Source of the DNA: Bacteroidota bacterium
Lineage (GTDB): Bacteria > Bacteroidota > Bacteroidia > Flavobacteriales > Weeksellaceae
Assembly (NCBI GenBank): GCA_023433225.1
Contig: JAEZDQ010000135.1
Location: forward strand, 1-38,544
Direction: 5' to 3'
DNA: 38,544 nucleotides
The position numbers and the translations under genes are program-made. Below are positions 18,761 through 28,959 of this stretch, piece after piece. Positions within the stretch are counted from its first letter, which is position 1. Each line of letters begins with the position of its first letter. The notes under the pieces were generated by a model. It saw only the letters and a program-made list of their open reading frames with translations, ran no database searches and had not been told where the DNA came from.

Positions 18761-20629
18761 ATGCGCATGAAAACAATCGGATTTTTAATTTTACTACTGG
18801 CTGGTTTCAACTTGCATGCGCAACAGGGAAATATCCAAAACCTAACCGAAAACGCCTTAAAAATATACCGGACGGACACCCCGCGTGCGCTCGCACTATT
18901 GGAAGAAGCCAAAGACCAAGCTCAATCTGATTTGGACAATCAATACATCCACAATGGTTTGGGGATTGTTTACCGTTTTTTGGGAGAATTTGAAAAAGCC
19001 CGGCAACATTCCATCAAAGTACTCGGTTCCAAAGACCCGAAGCTAAGGGCATCCGCTTACAATAATTTAGGTGCCTGTAACCGTTCTTTGGGAAAATACG
19101 AAGAAGCTGTGAAATTCTACATCCATGCGCTGCGCGAGTACGACCAGCTCAATATGGAGGAGGAATACGCCACCGTAAGCAGTAATTTGAGCGTGGTTTA
19201 CAACAGCCTCGGGTTATATGAAAAAGCCAAAAGTTATAACCATTCCGCCATCCGGACTTTCCAAAAAATCAAACATCAAAAAGGCTTATCAGAGGCTTAT
19301 AATAATTTTGCCATGATTCTGGTGAACCAAGACAGTTTGGACCAAGCACTAAATTATTTCACCCAATCCCTTGACATCGAAAGAGAATTAAAGGACCGGA
19401 AGGGAATTTCGGAATCGCTGAACAATGTGGGCGGAGTTTATTATTACCAAGGAAAAATCAATGAAGCCTTGGCGATTTTCAAAGAGGTTTTAGAGATTGA
19501 AAAGTCAATTGACAACCTCGGCGGCGTCTCTTCTACTTACAATAATATCGCACAGCTGCTGATGGAAAGCCACGATTACAGCCTTGCCAAACAATACATC
19601 GACTCGGCCTACACTTATTCAAAGAAAAACAAAATATCGGATGACTACCTCATCAGCCTTGAAAATTACATTCAATACAATGAAAATTTAGAACAGCATA
19701 AGAACGCTAACCGTTATTATAAAATTTACAAAAAAGTTTCGGACAGCATCAGACAGGAGAGCAACCTCCGGCAATTGCACGAAACCGAAGCCAAGTTCCA
19801 AACCGAAAAGAAAGAAAAAGAAATTTTGGTACAAAGGGCGCAAATGGCGGAAGATCGGTTGAAAATCGAAAGAAAGAACCAATTGATCCTCGGCATCATC
19901 GGGCTTGCACTGTTGGGGGGCTTGATTGGTTTCCAATTTTACCGCGTACAAAAGATACGGAACAAACAATTGGAAAAAGAGAACCAACTCAAAGACGCGC
20001 TTCTTGAAATTGAAACCCAGAACAAGTTACAGGAGCAAAGACTCCGGATTTCCCGTGACCTGCACGACAACATCGGTTCCCAACTTACCTTTATCATTTC
20101 TTCCATAGACAATCTCAAATACATTTGGGGTAAAGAGAGCCCGGAAATCGCCAAACGGTTGGAAGACATCAGTTTCTTTACGCGCCAAACGATTTCGGAA
20201 CTTCGGGATACCATCTGGGCGATGAACAAGGATGACATTTCGGCCGGCGACCTGAAAATCCGGATTAATAATTTTCTGGAAAACGCGCGTTCAGCGACCC
20301 ACGGCATTGAGTTCAAATTTGAAACTGATGAGCAGGTTGATGAAGAGCATAAATTCTCCGCTTTGGAAGGAATCAACCTGTACCGGGTCGTTCAGGAAGC
20401 GGTCAACAACGCCATCAAACATGCCCAAGCTACCCAAATCCAAGTCAAAATCAACCAAAAAGGCAAACGGTTTTTCATTGAAATAACGGACAATGGAAAA
20501 GGCATTGATGAAGGCGACCTCAGCACCGGAAACGGCCTGCACAACATCCATAAACGGATGACCGAAATCGGCGGCGGCGCAAGTTGGGTCAGCGGCGGTA
20601 ATGGTACAAGGATTAAACTCGATATTTAA
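18761..20629 (+). CDS. TPR-repeat sensor histidine kinase (HisKA_3)
   Basis: Signal peptide, repeated A.SYNNLG TPRs, TM helix, ISRDLHDNIGSQL, QEAVNNAIKHA, DNGKG. Confidence 0.95.
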   Translation: MRMKTIGFLILLLAGFNLHAQQGNIQNLTENALKIYRTDTPRALALLEEAKDQAQSDLDNQYIHNGLGIVYRFLGEFEKARQHSIKVLGSKDPKLRASAYNNLGACNRSLGKYEEAVKFYIHALREYDQLNMEEEYATVSSNLSVVYNSLGLYEKAKSYNHSAIRTFQKIKHQKGLSEAYNNFAMILVNQDSLDQALNYFTQSLDIERELKDRKGISESLNNVGGVYYYQGKINEALAIFKEVLEIEKSIDNLGGVSSTYNNIAQLLMESHDYSLAKQYIDSAYTYSKKNKISDDYLISLENYIQYNENLEQHKNANRYYKIYKKVSDSIRQESNLRQLHETEAKFQTEKKEKEILVQRAQMAEDRLKIERKNQLILGIIGLALLGGLIGFQFYRVQKIRNKQLEKENQLKDALLEIETQNKLQEQRLRISRDLHDNIGSQLTFIISSIDNLKYIWGKESPEIAKRLEDISFFTRQTISELRDTIWAMNKDDISAGDLKIRINNFLENARSATHGIEFKFETDEQVDEEHKFSALEGINLYRVVQEAVNNAIKHAQATQIQVKINQKGKRFFIEITDNGKGIDEGDLSTGNGLHNIHKRMTEIGGGASWVSGGNGTRIKLDI

Positions 20630-20667
20630 ATATTATCTTTAAATTTGTCGGAAATCAAAACGGCAAA

Positions 20668-22008
20668 ATGGATTCCAATTCCAAACAACCTCCCATTGAT
20701 TACCTTTTAACCCCCTTCAACCGGTTTATCCGAAAGGAAACCACGGGCAGTATGGTTTTGTTTGCGGCGACGGTTTTGGCGTTACTCTTAGCCAACTCGT
20801 CTATTGCCGCTGATTACCATCATTTTTTTAACCAAACATTGGGCATTCAGTTTAACGGTGATTCCTTTTTGAACCTTTCTTTACACCATTGGATTAATGA
20901 CGGATTGATGGCGGTGTTTTTCTTTGTGGTCGGATTGGAATTGAAACGGGAAATCGTGGCGGGAGAATTGTCCAATCCAAGCAAAGCAATGGTTCCGATA
21001 GCCGCTGCAATAGGCGGTATGATTGTTCCTGCCTTGATTTATTTTTCACTCAATCCGACAGGTGAAGCTTCACGGGGTTGGGGAATCCCAATGGCGACGG
21101 ACATTGCCTTTGCATTGGGTGTATTGTATTTATTGGGCAACAGGATTCCGTTGGCATTAAAAGTTTTTTTAACTGCTTTGGCCATCGTAGATGACTTGGG
21201 GGCTGTATTGGTCATCGCATTTTTTTATACTTCCGAGATTTCAATTCAAAACCTAATAATCGGCCTTTCCTTTGTGGGTGTGATGTATTTGGGAAATAAA
21301 CTGGGCATCCGTAACTTCTTATTTTACTTGATTCTGGGCGTTTTGGGGGTATGGCTTGCCTTTCTTTTATCGGGCGTGCACGCCACAATCGCAGCAGTAT
21401 TGGCCGCGTTTACCATTCCAGTCGATGTGCGAATTAAGGAAACGGTCTTTACTGAAAAAATAACTATTCTCCTCAAGCGCTTTCAGTCTTTGGATTCAAG
21501 GAATCAAATTCCTGTATTGACTAATGAACAAATGGCTGTACTGGAAGAAGTCAAATCGGCCACTGATCAGGCGGTTTCTCCACTTCAGAGGTTGGAACAC
21601 GCTTTGCACCCTTGGGTGAGTTTTTTGGTAATGCCATTGTTTGCATTGGCCAACGCAGGGATTTCATTGTCCTTTGATTCCGAAAGTTTATTCTCTACCA
21701 ACATCGCATTCGGCGTGGCCTTAGGATTATTATTGGGCAAGGTCGTCGGTATTGTTTTGTTTTCTTTATTGGTTTGCGGATTCAATCCCCGAAGGTTGCC
21801 CGATGGGATTTCTTTAAAGAATTTGATTGGGGTCAGCTTTTTGGCATCAATAGGTTTTACGATGTCCATGTTTGTGTCAGAACTGGCTTTTGAGGATGCG
21901 GCTCACAATTTACAAGCCAAGGTAGGGATTTTTGCCGCTTCGCTTGTGGGTGGTATTGCAGGCTATCTCTTCTTAAAATTTTCCAATCCACAAACGATTA
22001 ACAAGTGA
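20668..22008 (+). CDS. nhaA: Na+/H+ antiporter NhaA
   Basis: WINDGLMAVFFFVVGLELKRE, GWGIPMATDIAFA, LAIVDDLGA, SGVHATIA. Confidence 0.96.
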   Translation: MDSNSKQPPIDYLLTPFNRFIRKETTGSMVLFAATVLALLLANSSIAADYHHFFNQTLGIQFNGDSFLNLSLHHWINDGLMAVFFFVVGLELKREIVAGELSNPSKAMVPIAAAIGGMIVPALIYFSLNPTGEASRGWGIPMATDIAFALGVLYLLGNRIPLALKVFLTALAIVDDLGAVLVIAFFYTSEISIQNLIIGLSFVGVMYLGNKLGIRNFLFYLILGVLGVWLAFLLSGVHATIAAVLAAFTIPVDVRIKETVFTEKITILLKRFQSLDSRNQIPVLTNEQMAVLEEVKSATDQAVSPLQRLEHALHPWVSFLVMPLFALANAGISLSFDSESLFSTNIAFGVALGLLLGKVVGIVLFSLLVCGFNPRRLPDGISLKNLIGVSFLASIGFTMSMFVSELAFEDAAHNLQAKVGIFAASLVGGIAGYLFLKFSNPQTINK

Positions 22009-23222
22009 CTTACGAACAAGCTCAAAAATGGTTGTACCAAAAACTCCCAATGTTTCAGAGGATTGGGCCGGAAGCTTATCGGAAAGATTTAAAGAACATC
22101 AGGGAGCTGAGCGCATTTCTTGGAAACCCGCATTTGAAATTCCCATCTGTCCATGTTGCAGGCACCAATGGCAAAGGGAGTTGTTCGCACCTCTTGGCCT
22201 CTGTTTTACAGGAAGCGGGTTACCACACTGGATTGACCACCTCTCCTCATTTGGCTGATTTCAGGGAGCGAATAAGGGTAAACGGACAAATTTGTCGGAA
22301 AGATTTTGTCATTGACTTTGTAGAAAGGATTGCAGACCTGACAGAATCATTGGAAGCCTCGTTTTTTGAAGTTTCAATCGCCATGGCTTTTGAATATTTT
22401 GCACAGGAAAAAGTGGACATCGCCATTGTAGAAACGGGTTTGGGCGGCAGGTTGGATTCGACCAATATCATCAATCCGTTGGTATCGGTCATTACCAACA
22501 TCGGATTGGACCATACCCAATTTCTGGGAGATACATTGGGTAAAATCGCGGTGGAGAAAGCAGGTATCATCAAACCGGGCGTACCGGTGGTAATTGGCGA
22601 ATCTCATCCTGAAACGCGGAAAGTCTTTGAAGCGAAAGTCAAGGAAAGTAAATCTGAAATTGTATTTGCGGAAGAAAAAAAATCCGAGGATTATGACTCT
22701 GATTTAAAAGGTTCTTACCAATTTAAAAACAAACGAACCGTACTTGCAGCGATTGAATTTTTACAACAAAAAGGTTTTGTTATCCTAACGGAAAACATCC
22801 AAGAAGGTTTTTTGAAAGTCGTTCCGAACACCGGTTTGCGCGGTCGCTGGGAAGTCTTGGGTGAAAAACCGTTGACCGTGGCAGACACGGCCCATAACCT
22901 TCACGGGCTAATGGAGGTTTTAAAGCAAATTCTTCAAACACCTTATGAAAAATTGCATCTGGTATTGGGTTTTGTAAACGACAAAGACGTAGCTTCTCTG
23001 GTTCAGATGTTTCCAAATGACGCGGTCTATTATTTCAGCGCGCCGGAGGTGCCCAGAAAACTGACTGTAGAGAAACTCCGCGAAACGGTGCCTGCAGAAC
23101 TGGACGCTTCTTATTACCCTTCGGTTTCTGCAGCATTGAAAGCAGCCCGATCAAAAGCTTCGGTAAAAGACTTCATTTTCATCGGTGGAAGTACGTTTGT
23201 GGTGGCGGAGGTTGTGGATTGA
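22005..23222 (+). CDS. folC: Folylpolyglutamate synthase/dihydrofolate synthase
   Basis: HVAGTNGKGS, TSPHL..FRERI, ETGLGGRLDSTN, EKAGIIK, D.AHN; GTG start overlaps the nhaA stop. Confidence 0.96.
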   Translation: MTYEQAQKWLYQKLPMFQRIGPEAYRKDLKNIRELSAFLGNPHLKFPSVHVAGTNGKGSCSHLLASVLQEAGYHTGLTTSPHLADFRERIRVNGQICRKDFVIDFVERIADLTESLEASFFEVSIAMAFEYFAQEKVDIAIVETGLGGRLDSTNIINPLVSVITNIGLDHTQFLGDTLGKIAVEKAGIIKPGVPVVIGESHPETRKVFEAKVKESKSEIVFAEEKKSEDYDSDLKGSYQFKNKRTVLAAIEFLQQKGFVILTENIQEGFLKVVPNTGLRGRWEVLGEKPLTVADTAHNLHGLMEVLKQILQTPYEKLHLVLGFVNDKDVASLVQMFPNDAVYYFSAPEVPRKLTVEKLRETVPAELDASYYPSVSAALKAARSKASVKDFIFIGGSTFVVAEVVD

Positions 23223-23291
23223 AATTCCTTTAAAATAACGAAAAGTAACATCAAATTTCAGTAGGTTTGACATGGTTAAATCCATTGAAGT

Positions 23292-24632
23292 ATGAAAATG
23301 ATTTGTACTGGGGCACTAATATTTCTTAGTTTATTTTCTTGTAAGAAAGAAAAAAGCAACCTCATCACCCTTGCCGGAAACATTGAAAATGCAGATACCG
23401 ACAGTATTTTCCTGATTAGAGATACCATCCGAAAAGCCATTCCCCTACAAAACGGAAAATTCCATGATACGCTTCGGTTAGCCGATTTCGGTTATTTTGA
23501 ATTGTCTGTCGGACAAGAAAGCACTGAAATTTTCATCAATCCGGGCGATAGTTTGTTTATATCTACCGATATGCAATCTTTTGATGAAAATTTAAAATAC
23601 GGTGGAAGTTCCGAAAAAGAAAATAATTATTTGGCGCGGAAGCAATTAAAAACCAAAAAAATTGATGCAAATCGCCAATCCTTTTTTTCGGCTTTGCCAG
23701 CTGATTTTAAAACAAAATTAAACGCTTTTCGCAATGAGATTTTACAAGAACTTGAAAAAGAAAATCTCGACTCAAAATTTATGGAATTGGAGAAAAAGAA
23801 CATTGAATATTTCTACCATACGGTCTTGGCGCAATATCCGGCATCGTTTAAATATTTCACCCGAAATATTGCCATATTACCCCATGGTTTTGAGGAAGGA
23901 GCTGAAAAAATAAATCTGGAAAACGAGGCCGACTTTGTTTCGATCCCCGCCTATAAGCAATATATTTTTTATCAAATAGCCAATCAGATGGGTGAGGCAA
24001 CATCCGCTGAAGAAATCGAAAAAATCATTTCTGATATTCAATCGCCTATCATAAAAGATGCGATGATGAAGGCGTTTTTGCTGTATCCCATCGAATCGGG
24101 AACTGCGGATGCAGCGCGTTACAATGCTTTCATCCAGAAGAATTCAACCGATGAAAAACTCAAAAAGCAATCCGCCGATATAATGCTCAGATTTCAAAAA
24201 TTATTGCCGGGCAAACCTTCACCCAAATTTACTTATCCGGACACCAACGGAAAAACCGTTTCATTGGACGTCTTAAAGGGAAACCTTGTGTACATAGATG
24301 TTTGGGCGACTTGGTGCGGCCCTTGTTACATGGAAATTCCTTATTTGAAACAATTGGTTGCTGATTATGAAGGGAAAAACCTAAAAATCGTGAGCATATC
24401 CATCGACTCCAAAAAAGATTTTGAGAAATGGCAAAATACGGTAAGGGAAAATGATTTGAAAGGCTTCCAAGTTTTTGCGGACAAAGATTGGGATTCGGAA
24501 TTTGTAAGAGACTATGGCATCAAAGAAATTCCCCGTTTTATTTTGATCGATCAGAAAGGCAACATCCTCAATGCCGATGCGCCTCGGCCTTCTGACCCGC
24601 AAATCAGGATGTTGATTGATTTGAATTTGTGA
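23292..24632 (+). CDS. TlpA-family thiol-disulfide oxidoreductase lipoprotein
   Basis: Lipobox LFSC; YIDVWATWCGPC; IPRFILID..GNI. Confidence 0.92.
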   Translation: MKMICTGALIFLSLFSCKKEKSNLITLAGNIENADTDSIFLIRDTIRKAIPLQNGKFHDTLRLADFGYFELSVGQESTEIFINPGDSLFISTDMQSFDENLKYGGSSEKENNYLARKQLKTKKIDANRQSFFSALPADFKTKLNAFRNEILQELEKENLDSKFMELEKKNIEYFYHTVLAQYPASFKYFTRNIAILPHGFEEGAEKINLENEADFVSIPAYKQYIFYQIANQMGEATSAEEIEKIISDIQSPIIKDAMMKAFLLYPIESGTADAARYNAFIQKNSTDEKLKKQSADIMLRFQKLLPGKPSPKFTYPDTNGKTVSLDVLKGNLVYIDVWATWCGPCYMEIPYLKQLVADYEGKNLKIVSISIDSKKDFEKWQNTVRENDLKGFQVFADKDWDSEFVRDYGIKEIPRFILIDQKGNILNADAPRPSDPQIRMLIDLNL

Positions 24633-24716
24633 TTGACAAATCAAGAAATTATATGTAAATAATAGATTACAATCCTTTAATTACATAAAAATAATGGATT
24701 AAGATTTTGTGGAAAC

Positions 24717-24744
24717 AAAAAATCCCGCTCTTTCGGAGCAGGAC
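24717..24744 (-). terminator. Intrinsic terminator, near-duplicate of the rplT terminator
   Basis: aaaaaatcccgctctttcggagcaggac. Confidence 0.7.
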
Positions 24745-24795
24745 TGTTTAATTAAACATTTTGAGCAAGAATTAGTTCCTGAGCAAATTTCTAAA

Positions 24796-26955
24796 TCATC
24801 TATGATTGACAAGCATCTTTTTTGTGGCATACTTGCCGTTGACATACAGGGAATAGAAATAAAGGCCTGGTTTCCAATTTGAAACGTCCAAGGTAAAGGA
24901 GTGGTTACCTTTTCCCATCATTTGAGGGCCAAGCATAAGCATTTCACGGCCCAAGGCATCATACACTTTCAACACAACATTTACTTGATTGTCCAATGTA
25001 AAGGGTATATGGGTAATGGTAGTACAAGGATTCGGAACATTTTGAGCCAGACCTATACCGGCTTGAACAACGTGAGAATCCAACCCTAAAAAGGAAGAAT
25101 TTTTAAAGATACCCCCGCCGTTCGACCCCGCATACAAGTATCCGTTGTTTCCCAAAGCAAAAGCACGAATGTCTGTATTGGTAAGCCCGGTACTCATTTC
25201 AGCCCATGAGGAACTGCCACTTTGCAGAACAAATACGCCCGTGGAAGTACCCAAAATCACATCGTTATTTGAATTTATGGAGAGCGTTTGAGGATAGACC
25301 TCGGTTAATCCTGTTGCTGTTTCAGTCCATGAAACGCCGTTGTTATCTGAAGTGAAAACCGTTCCCATGAAACCCGTTCCTGTAAAGAGAAATGCGGAAG
25401 CATATAATCTATCACTTGAATCTACTGCCATACTGTTTATATCGGTTATCGTAAGCCCATTGTTAACCAAGGTCCAGGAAGCACCATTGTCTGTTGACCG
25501 GAAAATTCCTTCCCCACAACCATTGCTGCCCACAAAAAGGTCACCATTGGAATTGATTATCAGGGAAGTCAGGTTGGTACAACTGAGACCATTGTTAATT
25601 AGAGTCCAGTTATCGCCATTGTTTGAAGACCTATAAATACCATCAAAAGATGTTGTGGCAAAAATATCGCCTTGGGAATTGGAGGCAAGACCAGTTACAT
25701 CTGAGGCAATCATCCCCTGATTCACTTCCTCCCAAGAGTTTCCGTTATCGGCCGAACGAAAGACACCTCCCGCACCATCAATAAAATCTGCTCCACAGAA
25801 AAGATTGCCATTAGAGGTTTTGGTCATGGAATGAATGAATTTCGCCGAAAGACCTGTGTTTAATTGGAGCCAGCTGTTACCTTGATCCTGACTGCGAAAT
25901 ATCCCTGCCCCATAAGTACCCGCAAACAAATCCCCGCTTAAGCCATCGGCCATCAGCACACGTGTATCAACCGCATTAATACCCGTATTGGCCAATGTCC
26001 AGTCATTTGCGTTGTTGTCACTTGAAAATACTGCATTCCCCAAAAACGTTCCGGCAAAAATCTTATTGCTCGAATTTATGACAAGGGTGGTTACCTTGTT
26101 GTCCGAAAGGCCGTTGGTGTCGTTGTTCCAGGTGTTTCCATAATCGGAAGAACGGAAAACCCCTGCACCGTAGGTCGCCGCCAAAAGATCTCCGTTGCCC
26201 AATTCGAGAATCTCATAAACGCTATAGTTGGACGAACCTCCGAGAGGTGGCAGGTGCGACCAGGTATCGCCGTTGTCTGCGGATAAGTAAATTCCGTCAT
26301 CAAAATCGGATCCTACAAAAATATCGCCATTGTCCATGATTTTATAACACAAAGGAATTTGGCAAGATTCAGGCCCTCCTACGGAAGTCCAGCTGTTTCC
26401 GTAATCCGAAGATCGAAAACTGCCACTTCCGAAAGTCCCTGCAAAAATCTCCCCTGATTCATTTTCTGCCAATGCCGTAATATAGTTGTTGGTAATCCCG
26501 GAACTTTGTTGGGTCCAGTTATTTCCATCATCTGTAGAACGGTAAACACCTCCACTTGCGGTCCCGGCAAACAAATAACCATTGGATGTAGCAAGGAGCG
26601 TGGTTACATAAAGGTCGCTCAAACCTACATTAGCCACAGTCCAATCATCTCCGTTGTTGGTGGAACGAAAGACACCGCCTCCGAGTGTCCCGGCAAAAAC
26701 ATTTCCGTTCGGAATCACCGTTAGTGCCCAGACCGTATTGTTGGTTATGCCTTCGTTTACCTCTTCCCATTGGTTACTATCATTCAGCAACCTAAAGACT
26801 CCTCCACCTTGGGTACCAATAAAAATATCGTCACCTGAACTGAGTGCCATGGATTGGATACTTCCCCCGAAAGGGCCATTGACGGGTTCCCAAATTTGGG
26901 TAAATGCAAAACTGTGCATCAGCAGCAATACGAATAAAGTAAAATTACGTACCAT
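24796..26955 (-). CDS. BNR/Asp-box (YCF48/VPS10-like) beta-propeller protein with T9SS type A CTD
   Basis: More than 10 repeats of G.G[VI][FY]RS.D.G..W; CTD QNVPNP..LKVYDALGRE..GLYFY..KKML. Confidence 0.88.
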   Translation of the reverse strand: MVRNFTLFVLLLMHSFAFTQIWEPVNGPFGGSIQSMALSSGDDIFIGTQGGGVFRLLNDSNQWEEVNEGITNNTVWALTVIPNGNVFAGTLGGGVFRSTNNGDDWTVANVGLSDLYVTTLLATSNGYLFAGTASGGVYRSTDDGNNWTQQSSGITNNYITALAENESGEIFAGTFGSGSFRSSDYGNSWTSVGGPESCQIPLCYKIMDNGDIFVGSDFDDGIYLSADNGDTWSHLPPLGGSSNYSVYEILELGNGDLLAATYGAGVFRSSDYGNTWNNDTNGLSDNKVTTLVINSSNKIFAGTFLGNAVFSSDNNANDWTLANTGINAVDTRVLMADGLSGDLFAGTYGAGIFRSQDQGNSWLQLNTGLSAKFIHSMTKTSNGNLFCGADFIDGAGGVFRSADNGNSWEEVNQGMIASDVTGLASNSQGDIFATTSFDGIYRSSNNGDNWTLINNGLSCTNLTSLIINSNGDLFVGSNGCGEGIFRSTDNGASWTLVNNGLTITDINSMAVDSSDRLYASAFLFTGTGFMGTVFTSDNNGVSWTETATGLTEVYPQTLSINSNNDVILGTSTGVFVLQSGSSSWAEMSTGLTNTDIRAFALGNNGYLYAGSNGGGIFKNSSFLGLDSHVVQAGIGLAQNVPNPCTTITHIPFTLDNQVNVVLKVYDALGREMLMLGPQMMGKGNHSFTLDVSNWKPGLYFYSLYVNGKYATKKMLVNHR

Positions 26956-27096
26956 GTGTTAATTTTTTAATTGTGAAAATTTTATAATTGATCCTTAAAC
27001 AAGATTACTGGATTCGCTGTTTTAAAACAAAAAAACACCTTCTCAAAATCTTCCCGAGGCTCTTAATTATTTTACAAAGTGAAGAAAATGAAAAAC

Positions 27097-28515
27097 TTAT
27101 ACCCCATCAAACCACTGGTAGATGTCAATCTCTTTGGGTATATTAAGTTTTTTCCGAATCAAGTATTTTTTGTTCTGAACAGTTTTGGGTGTGATGTATT
27201 TATAGCGGGCAATGTCTTTGGTAGAGGTTTTCAGTTTCAAGAGCGAACAGAATTCTATTTCGGACTGAACGATTTGAGGATTTATTTCTAATAATTTCTT
27301 TGAAAAACCGGGAAACATTTCATCAAAATAATTCATAAACGCAGGATCCCTTTGTTCAAGCATCTGAAGAAGCTGACTGTAATTATGTCTGGCCTGATTT
27401 TCAGAAAAAGTAGCCAGATATTTTTGGCTTTCCTGTTCCTGACGAGCAAGCGTTTTGTTTTTTCTTGTAATTAGAAATATAACCACACCCATCAGTATAA
27501 AAAGAAAAACCAATAAATAAAGATACGGATTTGAATTATCTTCTTTTTCTTTCAGAAGTTGATGAAGCGATTTATTTTGGTTTTCCGTAATGCTGAGTTT
27601 CAATGAATCTTTCTTGATCTCATAAATGCGGGCAGAGTCCGCTTTCATTAATTCCTGATAACACAAAATGATATTATCATACAGGCTACGAATGTTGATG
27701 TGGTTCTTATAACCTTCTAATTTTTCTGCTTCTTTGAAATAATTTAAAGCGTGCTGATAATTTTTTTCTTTGAGTGCTACGCTCCCCATCACCCAAAGGT
27801 TGGTAATATTGGTGTTATGTTGGTTAAAGTTATTGTTCAACTCTTGGGAAAGCGCAATATGGTGTTTGGCCGAATCCAGTTCATTTATTTCATTGTAAGC
27901 CGCTGCGAGATTGGAATAATGAATGTGAAGAAGTTCTTCCTTGTATTCTTTATTGGGCATCTGCTCAAATTCCCTGCCGGCCAGATTGAGGAAGTCCAGT
28001 TGATTTTTATTGTCTCCTTTTGCCGCATAATAATTAGAAAAGGAAATATATAAATCTCCCTTACTTATAATATTGAGGGAATCCTTTCCCTGAAGTTGTG
28101 CAGCTAACTCCCTCCCCTGCTCAAGTTCCCGAAATGCTTTTTCAGGCAGTCCGCTAAAATAATAAGCTTCAAACAAATATCTCTTCGCCATTATCTGGTA
28201 AGCATCCGCCTTATATGATTTGGCTCTTTTGGAAAGTAATTTAGCTTTCGCCATCATTTTTTCAAAATCATTCTTTCCCCGGTAATAAATGCATTGAATG
28301 ACAAGAGCCGGTAATTCCACATCAGCTTCCTTTAAACTTCTGCCCTCTTTTTCCAGTAATTGAGCCTCTTGATTTGCTTTCTCCGGAACTGCATCAAGAA
28401 CCGTGAAACTGCTTTCAACCTTTTTCAGCAATGCCTCTCTTTCAGGATTCTCCTGAGAATATCCCGTCACAAACCCCAGGAAGAAAAAAATAATTATATT
28501 GAAATATTTTCCCAT
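27097..28515 (-). CDS. Membrane-spanning regulator: periplasmic TPR-like domain, TM helix, LuxR-like HTH
   Basis: Signal peptide; helical repeats; TM YLYLLVFLFILMGVVIFLI; STKDIARYKYITPKTVQNKKYLIRKKLNIP. Confidence 0.85.
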   Translation of the reverse strand: MGKYFNIIIFFFLGFVTGYSQENPEREALLKKVESSFTVLDAVPEKANQEAQLLEKEGRSLKEADVELPALVIQCIYYRGKNDFEKMMAKAKLLSKRAKSYKADAYQIMAKRYLFEAYYFSGLPEKAFRELEQGRELAAQLQGKDSLNIISKGDLYISFSNYYAAKGDNKNQLDFLNLAGREFEQMPNKEYKEELLHIHYSNLAAAYNEINELDSAKHHIALSQELNNNFNQHNTNITNLWVMGSVALKEKNYQHALNYFKEAEKLEGYKNHINIRSLYDNIILCYQELMKADSARIYEIKKDSLKLSITENQNKSLHQLLKEKEDNSNPYLYLLVFLFILMGVVIFLITRKNKTLARQEQESQKYLATFSENQARHNYSQLLQMLEQRDPAFMNYFDEMFPGFSKKLLEINPQIVQSEIEFCSLLKLKTSTKDIARYKYITPKTVQNKKYLIRKKLNIPKEIDIYQWFDGV

Positions 28516-28563
28516 TTGACCATGAAAAGGTAAGTAAATTCCTCAGCATAAAAAATAGAGTAT

Positions 28564-28591
28564 AAAAAATCCCGCTCTTTCGAGCGGGATT
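28564..28591 (-). terminator. rplT operon intrinsic terminator
   Basis: Minus strand aatcccgctc-gaaa-gagcgggatttttt. Confidence 0.88.
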
Positions 28592-28614
28592 CGACAAACG
28601 TTTATGGGTTTAAT

Positions 28615-28959
28615 TTATTTTACTTTTTCTACAATTGCTTTGAAAGCTTCTGGGTGATTCATAGCCAAATCGGCAAGAACTTTACGGTTCAATTCGATTC
28701 CGGCTTTTTTGGCAGCACCCATAAATTGCGAATAAGACATTCCGTGAAGTCTGGCTCCCGCGTTGATTCTCTGAATCCACAAAGCACGAAAATTTCTCTT
28801 TTTCTGACGACGGTCACGGTAAGCATAAACCAATCCTTTTTCAACCGCGTTTTTCGCTACGGTCCATACATTTTTTCTGCGTCCGAAGTAACCTTTGGCT
28901 AACTTCATCAACTTTTTTCTGCGCGCTCTTGACGCTACTGAATTTACTGATCTTGGCAT
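28615..28959 (-). CDS. rplT: 50S ribosomal protein L20
   Basis: [41 protein letters not shown]. Confidence 0.99.
   Translation of the reverse strand: MPRSVNSVASRARRKKLMKLAKGYFGRRKNVWTVAKNAVEKGLVYAYRDRRQKKRNFRALWIQRINAGARLHGMSYSQFMGAAKKAGIELNRKVLADLAMNHPEAFKAIVEKVK

Noticed and set aside
22005..22008. nhaA-folC 4-bp overlap as a functional link
   Set aside because: Ordinary translational coupling; nothing else supports a shared function.
24640..24705. AT-rich quasi-palindromes after tlpA considered as a dif/Xer site
   Set aside because: No convincing TTATGTTAAA XerD arm or 11-6-11 layout.
25100..26900. Periodic nucleotide similarity considered as a CRISPR array or DGR repeats
   Set aside because: Explained by coding Asp-box repeats; degenerate at DNA level; no cas or reverse transcriptase gene in the window.
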